From an uncultured Alphaproteobacteria bacterium (GTDB taxonomy: Bacteria; Pseudomonadota; Alphaproteobacteria; RF32; CAG-239): a stretch of 64,000 nt of DNA. A program made the position numbers and the translations under genes. The notes beneath the pieces are model-generated. The model worked only from the letters and a program-made list of their open reading frames with translations. It had not been told where the DNA came from and ran no database searches. The DNA is taken from positions 7,942-71,941 of the forward strand of contig CALXTS010000004.1 of the NCBI GenBank assembly GCA_944391465.1, in the 5' to 3' direction. Positions 27,231 to 35,650 of the stretch are shown in pieces (within the stretch, counting starts at the first letter, position 1; the number at the start of each line of letters is the position of its first letter).

Positions 27231-28567
27231 ATCATACCCTCCAACATTTCTGGGTTACTTATTGTCCCTTTTAAGGCTTCTCCCGTATCTTTCAACTCAT
27301 TAGCCGCATCTATTGCTGCTGTGGCCTCATCTTTTATTGTACCTACTTTATCTTTTACATCATTATATGTACTTATGGCTTTATCAGTTTTATCTTTCAA
27401 ATCACTAACCGTTGATTTTGCGGAGCTGACTTGCCCCATTAAACTGGTATCTTTACTTCCGTACTCACTGTAATCACAAAGTTTGAATTTTGAATATTTT
27501 TTATTAACCTCTTTCGGGGTTAGTTTTGCCGCAGCTACCGTACTCTCTAAAATCAAATCATTAACAACCATCTCGGCATATTTATACAAAAGCTCTATCT
27601 CTTGTGTCATGACTTTTGTATGAACTCCCGATGTTTCTGATTCTCCCGGAGTTACTTTTGCTAAATTTTTGTTGGCATTAACTTCATCTATCAGTTTTGG
27701 TAGGGAGGCTTGTGTTCTTAAGGCTTTTTCATAAACATCGTATATGGCTTGCCTACGGTTGGAATAACGTTTTTCTTTCATGTCATTATTAGAAGCTATG
27801 GTTACTTTTTCTCCTGCTTGCAAAAAAATCTCATTCTTTGCGTTTTCAAGTGCCTCTGTCGGTACAGATAAAGAAATTTGCTCATCGCTATATAACTCAA
27901 GCATTCTGTTGCTCAAGGTTACAACTTTTTCGCCTTGATCTTTGAGCTTTTTATTATAGCTGTCTTCTAAATTGCCCTTGCTGTTATCAAGAGATTTTAG
28001 TTCTTGCTCTTGTTGGATTTGTAGATTTTCAATTGTTCTCTGGGCTGATTCTAATTCGGTATCGGTATAATCACCGCTATTTTGTAATTTAGACAGATTT
28101 TCTTGTGCTGCTGCAATCTTTTGAGCATATTTTTTCTCAATAACGCTTACCTGTTGTTCCAGTTCCTCTATTTTTTCTTTTTTCTCACTTTCAATATCTT
28201 TTAATTCTTTTGAGGCTGTTGCTATCTGTTTACTTATTTGCGCAGCTTTATACTCATTACTGTTGAGCACAGCGTTTTTATTGTCATTATAAAATTCCAT
28301 TGCGGCTTTATATTGGTCTTGAACAAATTTAAACCCATCTTTGGCTGCTTTAACTCCGTCTCCGACTAGTTTACCCATTTTAGAGCTACTAACCCATTGC
28401 ATTGCTTTCTCGCAGTTGGCTTTTATTTTACCAAACCATAAGCTCAAACGTGATGGGGTCTTCATTGTATCATTAACGCCGGCAATCTGCGCCTGAACTT
28501 CCGTCGCATAAAAAGGCGTTATTATAAGCATAACCATGATTCCGAAGGCTATAAAAACTTTTTTCAT
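27227..28567 (-). CDS. Secreted 446-aa coiled-coil protein, T4SS-associated, unknown function
   Basis: Signal peptide MKKVFIAFGIMVMLIITPFYATEVQAQ. Lys/Glu/Gln-rich helices. 4-nt overlaps with both neighbours. Confidence 0.7.
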   Translation of the reverse strand: MKKVFIAFGIMVMLIITPFYATEVQAQIAGVNDTMKTPSRLSLWFGKIKANCEKAMQWVSSSKMGKLVGDGVKAAKDGFKFVQDQYKAAMEFYNDNKNAVLNSNEYKAAQISKQIATASKELKDIESEKKEKIEELEQQVSVIEKKYAQKIAAAQENLSKLQNSGDYTDTELESAQRTIENLQIQQEQELKSLDNSKGNLEDSYNKKLKDQGEKVVTLSNRMLELYSDEQISLSVPTEALENAKNEIFLQAGEKVTIASNNDMKEKRYSNRRQAIYDVYEKALRTQASLPKLIDEVNANKNLAKVTPGESETSGVHTKVMTQEIELLYKYAEMVVNDLILESTVAAAKLTPKEVNKKYSKFKLCDYSEYGSKDTSLMGQVSSAKSTVSDLKDKTDKAISTYNDVKDKVGTIKDEATAAIDAANELKDTGEALKGTISNPEMLEGMI

Positions 28568-29058
28568 TTTTTATCTCCTTCTTCATCTGTCGGACGAGCC
28601 AACGGCAATATAGTTTCAACACCTTCAAGCAGCGATATTTTAGCCTCTAACTCAACTATTGAATTCAGACGTTCCGCAATTTTACTCAAATTCCCTTGAA
28701 TATCATTAGACAATACTTCATTTTTATTTTCAGAACCGCCAAGTTTGGATAAAAGACCATCTGCAGCACCTTCCGTGCTTGATTTTTTTGCATCATTTAT
28801 AAGTTTTACTCGGGTGGTCATAGCTGATGCATATAAATCTGAAGCCAAATCAAATCTTATTTGTTCCGACTTGGCATTAAATGCCATACCTCCTTCAATT
28901 CCGCCTTCATTCAACAGTGCATCGCTGATGCTATCTATATTGGCTCTGACATCATTAGGATCTTTGATAAATGAATAAACGTCTATTGCCAATGCTTCTT
29001 GTTTTAGGCACAACAAGGTAAGAATCAGAATAAAAATATATATCATTTTTTTACTCAT
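28564..29058 (-). CDS. Small secreted helical protein (164 aa); VirB5-sized but unproven
   Basis: Signal peptide IFILILTLLCLKQEALA. Predicted helical by composition. Overlaps its neighbours (translational coupling). Confidence 0.6.
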   Translation of the reverse strand: MSKKMIYIFILILTLLCLKQEALAIDVYSFIKDPNDVRANIDSISDALLNEGGIEGGMAFNAKSEQIRFDLASDLYASAMTTRVKLINDAKKSSTEGAADGLLSKLGGSENKNEVLSNDIQGNLSKIAERLNSIVELEAKISLLEGVETILPLARPTDEEGDKK

Positions 29059-30352
29059 GTTTTATTACCTCCGTTGTTGCTTGCAGATTTTTTCCGAAAA
29101 TTCGGCGGCGAGACACAGAATCCGAAACCTTATTCAAAATTACTGCTGAATCTTTTAATTTTTTACTTACATCTTCTTTGTTTTCTTCTGTTTTAATACT
29201 ATTTATTTGATTTTTCTTTTCTATTTGCATAAGTTGTTGCTCAAAACTGATGCTTGTTTGCGGCAACAGCTTTTCTTTGCTCTGACTTCCTTCCTCTTGT
29301 TTTATTTCTTCTGCTTGTTGTTTTATATCATTTACAGAAAGTTCCTGAAGAGCCATATTTTCCAGATTAGGTAATTCACCGGCTGTTTCTTTTAATTCAT
29401 CTCCGTCTATTACGCCTTCTTTATTTGCAACACTACTGATTGTATTTGCCCGTTCCAACAAATCATTTGATTGCTGAGACATGGTTGGTATTGTTAAGTC
29501 TTGCATAGAATCGCTCAAATTAACATTCGCACCTTCCGCCATACCTACATTTTGCGTTAATTCCGGAGAGGCATTTACCACCATTTCATTGCTCCCTCCG
29601 CTTGGCACAGAACTTGAACTCATTACATTCGGACTGCTTGCACTTATATCTGAGCTGTTGTTGCTTATTGATGCTGAAGGGACGGTAACTATATCTTCTC
29701 CACTGCTTTTACTGCTAAAAGGCGTTCTTTCGACTGCTGATGATACTTTATTTTGCGCCGCTGAAATTGCTGAACCTGCAGTATCTTTAAGCGCTCCTGT
29801 GGTTTCTTTCAGCGCAGAGGCCGTTTCTTTTGCATCATTAACGGCTGTTTTGGCATCTTCCACCATTCCTTTGGCTTTTTCATATTCTGCTTTGGCATCA
29901 TCAATATCTGATTTTATATTATTATATTCTTCTTTGGCTTCATTTATTTTATCTTGAACGTCATTTTTAAATTCAACGGCTTTTTCAACCTTATCGTTTA
30001 CCCAATCTTTGGCATCATTAATTTTATCTTTGGCATTATCATATTTTTCTTTTGCACTATCGTATTTTGCTTTAGCTTTATCTAACTTTTCTTTCATTTC
30101 TTTTGCTTTTTGAGCTCGCTTTGCAGCTTTTGATACCGCATTAATGTCTCCCAAAGCTCCGATTTTTCCGTTTATATAATTGGTTGCATAGCTTGCTATG
30201 TTTTCTTGCGCGGTTCCTGCCGCATTAACATAAACGGCAGCCGTGTCTATCGCATTAATTATCGGATCCGTTGAGGCGGCAAAGGCAATCCTTTCGTTAT
30301 AAAAAAATAACGAAATCAGAAAAAAAGCCGATATCAGAATTTTTTTTGCCAT
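29051..30352 (-). CDS. Secreted protein with LEA/apolipoprotein-like Lys-Asp-Ala amphipathic repeats (433 aa)
   Basis: The ORF track starts at 30415. ATG 30352 (MAKKILISAFFLISLFF...AFA) has an AAGGAAAGAGG SD and avoids overlap with the upstream gene. Repeats: DKAKAKYDSAKEKYDNAKDKINDAKDWVNDKVEKAVEFKNDVQDKINEAKEEY. Confidence 0.65.
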   Translation of the reverse strand: MAKKILISAFFLISLFFYNERIAFAASTDPIINAIDTAAVYVNAAGTAQENIASYATNYINGKIGALGDINAVSKAAKRAQKAKEMKEKLDKAKAKYDSAKEKYDNAKDKINDAKDWVNDKVEKAVEFKNDVQDKINEAKEEYNNIKSDIDDAKAEYEKAKGMVEDAKTAVNDAKETASALKETTGALKDTAGSAISAAQNKVSSAVERTPFSSKSSGEDIVTVPSASISNNSSDISASSPNVMSSSSVPSGGSNEMVVNASPELTQNVGMAEGANVNLSDSMQDLTIPTMSQQSNDLLERANTISSVANKEGVIDGDELKETAGELPNLENMALQELSVNDIKQQAEEIKQEEGSQSKEKLLPQTSISFEQQLMQIEKKNQINSIKTEENKEDVSKKLKDSAVILNKVSDSVSRRRIFGKNLQATTEVIKHE

Positions 30353-30362
30353 GCCTCTTTCC

Positions 30363-30971
30363 TTATTCCATATACTCATCCTCAATCTTGGCTGAGCTGT
30401 TACTGTTAAATTCATTTTGGCGATAATAATCTAGGGCTCTTAATGCCAATAATTCCGAATATGTGTCTATTATACCGACAATGCGTTCTCCGGTTAATGC
30501 CGTCAAATTAACATTTTCACATTGCCTACGATGTATTTTGCTACCTCCGTCTTCATCTCCGCCTATTGCTGAGGCTGCGTCCCCTACTGCGCCTCCCGAA
30601 TTATCTTTGCAATCATCTATAACTTTAGATATTTCATCTTTATAATCATCACTTTTTGAACGTTGTTGCAAAGACTTATACAGATATTCCGCATTTACCT
30701 GATGATATGCCTCATTAAAAAACGGATCATATTGAATATAACTTAATCCATCACTTTCTCTGAGGCGCAGAATTTTATTTAAACATTTTTTTACCGTGCC
30801 GTCCGTATGTATATCTGTTGAGGATATATCACAAAATAGGGCAAATTTCTTAGGAAATATCAAAACGCCATCGCTACCTCGGCCATTATCCTTCCCCAAT
30901 TGTGCAAAAGATTGTGGGGCATAAAATAATGCCATTAAAAAGACAGCAATTATTTTAAATGAAAATCTCAT
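30363..30971 (-). CDS. Secreted 202-aa protein, unknown function
   Basis: The ORF track starts at 31034. ATG 30971 (MRFSFKIIAVFLMALFYAPQSFAQ) follows GGAGGG and lies after the upstream stop at 30982. Confidence 0.6.
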   Translation of the reverse strand: MRFSFKIIAVFLMALFYAPQSFAQLGKDNGRGSDGVLIFPKKFALFCDISSTDIHTDGTVKKCLNKILRLRESDGLSYIQYDPFFNEAYHQVNAEYLYKSLQQRSKSDDYKDEISKVIDDCKDNSGGAVGDAASAIGGDEDGGSKIHRRQCENVNLTALTGERIVGIIDTYSELLALRALDYYRQNEFNSNSSAKIEDEYME

Positions 30972-30981
30972 TATCCCTCCA

Positions 30982-32679
30982 CTAATCTTCCGTTTGAGTT
31001 CTAAAATCATACTTTGAAATGTCGTAATTATCATAGCTTTCGAGCAATACTTTGGTTGTGTATAGCTTTAACAGACCACTGATTGTCGTTACTATTGTTT
31101 TATTGGTTTCTACTATTTGCGAATAAATATCTTTTGTCGTATCTGTTTGAGCAAAAGAAATTGACGGGACGATGTCATCGATCATTTTTTGCACATCTGA
31201 AAGTGCTTTATATCCCTCAACCATGTAAACTATTGCCAATTCTCTTTTCCCGTCATAATAATCTTGGCGAGGATTTTTAAATTCTTGAGAAAGTGCTCCA
31301 GACGAGGAATCATTTATTGAAACTAAGCATTCGTCAATGGCATATTTGTTTCTACCTGTACTGTTTAACGCTGTTTCAGATGTTAGCCCACAACGTTTGG
31401 CTATTGGCTTGGGAATAATAAAGTTCTTATTAATATCAGTTCCGTTATCCTCAAGGACTGCAAATTTTGCAAAAGCTAATTTACTATTTTGGGCTATTTT
31501 TGCTTTTCCTCTATAGCTTTCCTCATAAAAAGACATCTTATCTTTACTGAAAACTTTACGCGTCGGTGAGACTTCTAATGTCTTTTCTTGCAGTCTTTTC
31601 TGAATACTTTTGGTTGTATATGGATTTTCAATTACCTGTTTTGTTGCCGTATTTCCGGAATTTTGAATTGCTTGAATGCTGACGGCATTTCCTTTTAGTG
31701 TCGGAGAGTTTGCACTTGAAAGAGCACCTACATTATTGCTTATACTGACTCCGCCTACTCGATTAACAGCAACATTTCCAGCTTTTACAACACCTAAGGC
31801 ATTCTGCGTATTTAGGTTTACACTTCCAGTTATTGCTTTATTTTGGCTTATTTGACCAGTTGCCATGTTTCCGCTTGGTATTGCACCGACCATATTTTGT
31901 GCACCTAAACTTGCAACTCCATTTCCTGTTATTGCTTGCTGTGCCGTACTTCCTGCCGTATTATTAACTGCTAAAGCCTCATTATTTGCCGATGCTTGGT
32001 TTCCGCTAAATGCTACTCTGCTTGAGGTTGGAGAAACTGCTGAGTTTTCTTCTCCTCCCGTTAATGCTGTCCCACTGCTTGCTAATGTGCTTTCCGGTTG
32101 TAGTTCACCTGTTTCTACTGCTGATTCAGAATCTGCTCCACTTACAGACAAGCCGTTGGAACCTCCCTCTGATGAACTCCCTAAACCTGCTTTTTCTTTA
32201 ACACTGTTTATTTTACTGCTCGCAATATCTCCTGCAGCTGAAGCCATCTCTTTTGCCGCACCTACTGTTTCCGTAGCTTGTTCTTTTAAATCTTTGGCTT
32301 GTTGAATGCCGTCTTCGGCCATTTTTTTGTATTCTTCATACTCTCTTTTATATTCTTCATACTCTTCTTTATACTCATCTACCTGAGCTTTATAATCTTC
32401 ATACATCTTTTTCTTTTCGGCAATTTCTGCAGCTATGTCTCCGCCATATTCACTAATACTCTCTTTGGCTTCCCCAATTGCTGCGCTTGTCTTTTGAGCA
32501 AAAGATATGGTATCTTGCACTATCTTTAAGTCTTTTAAATCATTAAACCAGTTTTTGACATTATTTATACCGCTCTTAATGTCATTCGTTATCGCAAGAG
32601 CTTGAGATTCTGATATTTGTTGCGTTGTGGCACAGATAAACGCTATAAGAACTATTTTTGAAAACTGACCGATTTTCAT
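30982..32679 (-). CDS. Secreted 565-aa protein: coiled-coil N-terminus, Ser/Gly/Asn/Ala-rich middle, globular C-terminus (unknown function)
   Basis: Signal peptide IAFICATTQQISESQALA, then EYKEEYEEYKREYEEYKK, then a low-complexity stretch GNQASANNEALAVNNTAGSTAQQ. First gene after virB4. Confidence 0.65.
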   Translation of the reverse strand: MKIGQFSKIVLIAFICATTQQISESQALAITNDIKSGINNVKNWFNDLKDLKIVQDTISFAQKTSAAIGEAKESISEYGGDIAAEIAEKKKMYEDYKAQVDEYKEEYEEYKREYEEYKKMAEDGIQQAKDLKEQATETVGAAKEMASAAGDIASSKINSVKEKAGLGSSSEGGSNGLSVSGADSESAVETGELQPESTLASSGTALTGGEENSAVSPTSSRVAFSGNQASANNEALAVNNTAGSTAQQAITGNGVASLGAQNMVGAIPSGNMATGQISQNKAITGSVNLNTQNALGVVKAGNVAVNRVGGVSISNNVGALSSANSPTLKGNAVSIQAIQNSGNTATKQVIENPYTTKSIQKRLQEKTLEVSPTRKVFSKDKMSFYEESYRGKAKIAQNSKLAFAKFAVLEDNGTDINKNFIIPKPIAKRCGLTSETALNSTGRNKYAIDECLVSINDSSSGALSQEFKNPRQDYYDGKRELAIVYMVEGYKALSDVQKMIDDIVPSISFAQTDTTKDIYSQIVETNKTIVTTISGLLKLYTTKVLLESYDNYDISKYDFRTQTED

Positions 32680-32754
32680 CTCAACCTCCTGTTCATCCTA
32701 CCATAGTTCTATGATAGCAGATTTTTGCAATTAAATAAACGGCTTTGCCCTTAT

Positions 32755-35187
32755 TTACGCAAGATTTAAATATTTTGTAACAAAGTTTTCTTCACCGTAT
32801 TCTTTTATTAATTCTTCAACCAAAAGAACATTTTTGCGTCCGGAATTATATAGGCGCAAATACCTGCCGAGACCGCTTAAATCTACATCCAAAATAACAG
32901 ACTCTCCGGTTGCCGGGCGTGAAAGTAATATTGCATACGGAAAATCTCTATAACTCTTACCAAAGATAAAATCCGTTTCCGAATCTGTTAAATTCCAGTT
33001 GACATAATCTTCCGGCATAGCTTGCGGATTGCGGAAAAAGATTACCGTTTGGCATTGTCCGCGAATAACTTCTCCAACGCCTAGTTTATCAATAATATTC
33101 GGTTGTTGGAATGCGCACAAATAGGCTTGACGTTTTTTACGTCCCTCTTGTAATCCGATTGCAAAATAATCTCTAAACATCGGATGTTTTAACATTGGCG
33201 CCGTTTCATCAATCATAATTAGCGATGGTACTCCAGTTTCTCCGGTTTCTGACTGAATTCGGTGCATAATATAGCTGATAACCGCCGGAGCTAAAATTTC
33301 ATCTTCAAAAATGTGTGTGAAATCAAATGCCATAAAGCGTTTTGCTTTCAAATCCAAGCTATCATTTGTTGCATTAAAAATATTGCCATACTGATCAGGA
33401 TTTACCCATTTGAAAAGTTCGCGACGCATATTTCCCGTAGGAGAAAAGCAACTTTTGTACAAATTAGTCATCACGCGTTCTTCCGGACGAAGATAGTCAA
33501 ATGCCGTGGTTACGGCGCGTGCAATTTCTTTTTCCGATACCGCATCGTCAACCATGGTAATCGCACGCATCCATCTCCGCAAAAATGCTCGGTTATTCGG
33601 CGTATTCTCGCAGTCAAACGGATTTAAGGAAACATTTTTTTCGTCCCCCTCAAAACCGACATAGGCTCCGCCTATTGCTCTGGTAAATATTTCTGCACCT
33701 CGGTGGCGGTCAAAAAAGAATACTTTCAAATCACGGTGCCGCATGGCTTGTCCGGCAAGAAACGTCAGTAATGTTGTTTTACCTTGACCAGTCGGACCGA
33801 TAATACAGCAGTGTGCAACAGCGGAATCTTCTGATGAAACGTGAAACTGAAAACGATATGCCGAACCGGAAGTTGTTCGGAATACGGTAATGGCTCCCGG
33901 CCCCCAGTCACTCTTGCTGAAACCTTCTGAAGGGCGATCAAATGAAATTGCCGTTGCCACAACTCTGGAAAGATAACGATAGGTCCTTGGCAACATGTCA
34001 TATGTTGGAAATTGATTGAAGAAGGTTGCTTGTGTTACCCACCCTTCACGAACCGGCGTTACACTATATAAGCGGCAAATACGTTGGACTTCGCTTTCTC
34101 CGAAATCAAGTTCTTCCTTTGTATCTCCTTGCAAAATAATTGCCATCGCATACTCAGTTAAAGCCTGATGATTGGTATCACTATCTTCAATAGCGGCTAA
34201 AACTTCACTATATTGGTCAACAACGTCCCCCGAAAAACTAGTAGTGGCGGCCATTCTTTGTTGCTGCATTAATAACGCTCTGGCATGCGGCTTAAACATT
34301 GGCCGAATATTATGCAAAAGTGTTAATTCACAATCTATAGCCAAAAGCGAGGCGACCATTCCTTCATCCATGTAATCTCCGGATGAACGTATTCCCATGA
34401 CAATTTCAAATTTCTCTTTTGTTCCGGAGAAAAAGCGGATAATTCCGTCTTCTCCCGTAAAATGAATATGATCTGCCGTCAGCAATTCGTTAAGGTGTGC
34501 GCCTTCGGCACTGTTTATTTTAGGTTGCGGACGCGTTATCGGGCTGCATAGTTTGGCATATATTGATAACGGGCTGTCTTCTGCCGGCGAGCCTTCACTT
34601 TCATATAATGCGGTTACTCCATATTCATTCAAAGTTGCTATTAATGCCTGCGATGCATAATTCAAATCTTTAAGAGCTTCTTCTCTGTCCGCCACAGAAA
34701 GCACAATATAGTGTTTATTGCTAAACACTCTATCCAAATTTTCATGCCAGACTGCTGATATTTGCTTTAATAACGGATTTCCGAAATCTCCGCTTTCTGC
34801 CTCCAGAGGTATCCTTTCTCGCAATGTAATGACGCGACATATAACTCTTAAATCAGACAATCCGTCTATCCACGCTTTTCTTGCCTCCAGCATTGACATA
34901 ACTTTTTCATCAGTAACAAAGGATAAATCCATTCCTTCAATTCTGAAAACTCGCGCCAATGAGTTATTATAACAGCGGATTGTCATTCCATCTGATAATA
35001 TTTTATTAAACGGCAAAAAGTCAGATACCCGAGACTCTCGTGGCTGCGGCAGAACAAAATATCCGAGCTTTGTTGCCCAGAATCCGGCAAAAGCCGCCGC
35101 CGATATAAAACCGATGACCGCTACAATTACCTCAACGTTTGAAAGTCCTTGAACGAAAATACTGAAAAAATCAAAATCAGGGCGCAA
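32755..35187 (-). CDS. virB4: VirB4/CagE/TrbE-type T4SS ATPase
   Basis: 810 aa. Walker A GPTGQGKTT, Walker B-like LIMIDETAP, conserved FFRNPQA-type C-terminus. An N-terminal hydrophobic segment is present. Overlaps virB3 by 11 nt. Confidence 0.95.
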   Translation of the reverse strand: MRPDFDFFSIFVQGLSNVEVIVAVIGFISAAAFAGFWATKLGYFVLPQPRESRVSDFLPFNKILSDGMTIRCYNNSLARVFRIEGMDLSFVTDEKVMSMLEARKAWIDGLSDLRVICRVITLRERIPLEAESGDFGNPLLKQISAVWHENLDRVFSNKHYIVLSVADREEALKDLNYASQALIATLNEYGVTALYESEGSPAEDSPLSIYAKLCSPITRPQPKINSAEGAHLNELLTADHIHFTGEDGIIRFFSGTKEKFEIVMGIRSSGDYMDEGMVASLLAIDCELTLLHNIRPMFKPHARALLMQQQRMAATTSFSGDVVDQYSEVLAAIEDSDTNHQALTEYAMAIILQGDTKEELDFGESEVQRICRLYSVTPVREGWVTQATFFNQFPTYDMLPRTYRYLSRVVATAISFDRPSEGFSKSDWGPGAITVFRTTSGSAYRFQFHVSSEDSAVAHCCIIGPTGQGKTTLLTFLAGQAMRHRDLKVFFFDRHRGAEIFTRAIGGAYVGFEGDEKNVSLNPFDCENTPNNRAFLRRWMRAITMVDDAVSEKEIARAVTTAFDYLRPEERVMTNLYKSCFSPTGNMRRELFKWVNPDQYGNIFNATNDSLDLKAKRFMAFDFTHIFEDEILAPAVISYIMHRIQSETGETGVPSLIMIDETAPMLKHPMFRDYFAIGLQEGRKKRQAYLCAFQQPNIIDKLGVGEVIRGQCQTVIFFRNPQAMPEDYVNWNLTDSETDFIFGKSYRDFPYAILLSRPATGESVILDVDLSGLGRYLRLYNSGRKNVLLVEELIKEYGEENFVTKYLNLA

Positions 35188-35467
35188 ATTTATTCCCCTT
35201 TACTTTATAAAGATTATACGAAACTTTATTACTTTGCCCGTAGGCCTGAATCATCGTGGAAATATGAGGTTCCTTAACACCGGCTACTACACAAATGATG
35301 TGCCCTAAAACTAGCGTTACCATAAAAATAATCGGGTTGATATCAAATGTCCCCATGAACATGAACATAATCGGAAATTGCAACCCCATATTTAACAGAG
35401 TTGGCAAAAACGGTCCCCACAGAACTTTCGGGGGATTTGCTACGGCTTTTAAAATTACTTCACGCAT
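35177..35467 (-). CDS. virB3: VirB3-like small membrane protein
   Basis: 96 aa immediately 5' of virB4. LKAVANPPKVLWGPFLPTLLNMG is followed by two hydrophobic helices and VKEPHISTMIQAY, matching the usual VirB3 layout. Confidence 0.8.
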   Translation of the reverse strand: MREVILKAVANPPKVLWGPFLPTLLNMGLQFPIMFMFMGTFDINPIIFMVTLVLGHIICVVAGVKEPHISTMIQAYGQSNKVSYNLYKVKGNKFAP

Positions 35468-35555
35468 GTTTTATTCCCACCTTTGTTTTATGATAAGCTG
35501 TCTTATTTTTTTATGCAAGCAAAACGCCAAATTTGCACATATTTTTATTATCCTC

Positions 35556-35590
35556 AAAGAGGTATCCTCATATTTCAAGGATACCTCTTT
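35556..35590. terminator. Perfect 12-bp-stem hairpin between the giant gene and virB3 (orientation ambiguous)
   Basis: AAAGAGGTATCC (35556-35567) pairs with GGATACCTCTTT (35579-35590). The long T run (TTTTTT) lies on the + strand side. On the - strand (the sense strand of both neighbours) only UUU follows the stem. Confidence 0.35.
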
Positions 35591-35650
35591 TTTATGAATA
35601 ATGCGTTAATATTCTTGTTTTGAAGATTTGTTTATGGATTTTGTTATCCT

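Noticed and set aside
32699-32718. Imperfect inverted repeat CTACCATAG-TT-CTATGATAG in the gap after virB4.
   Set aside because: Only 8 of 9 bases pair, it has no flanking promoter-like boxes, and it is not repeated elsewhere in the window. It is insufficient to call a regulatory site.
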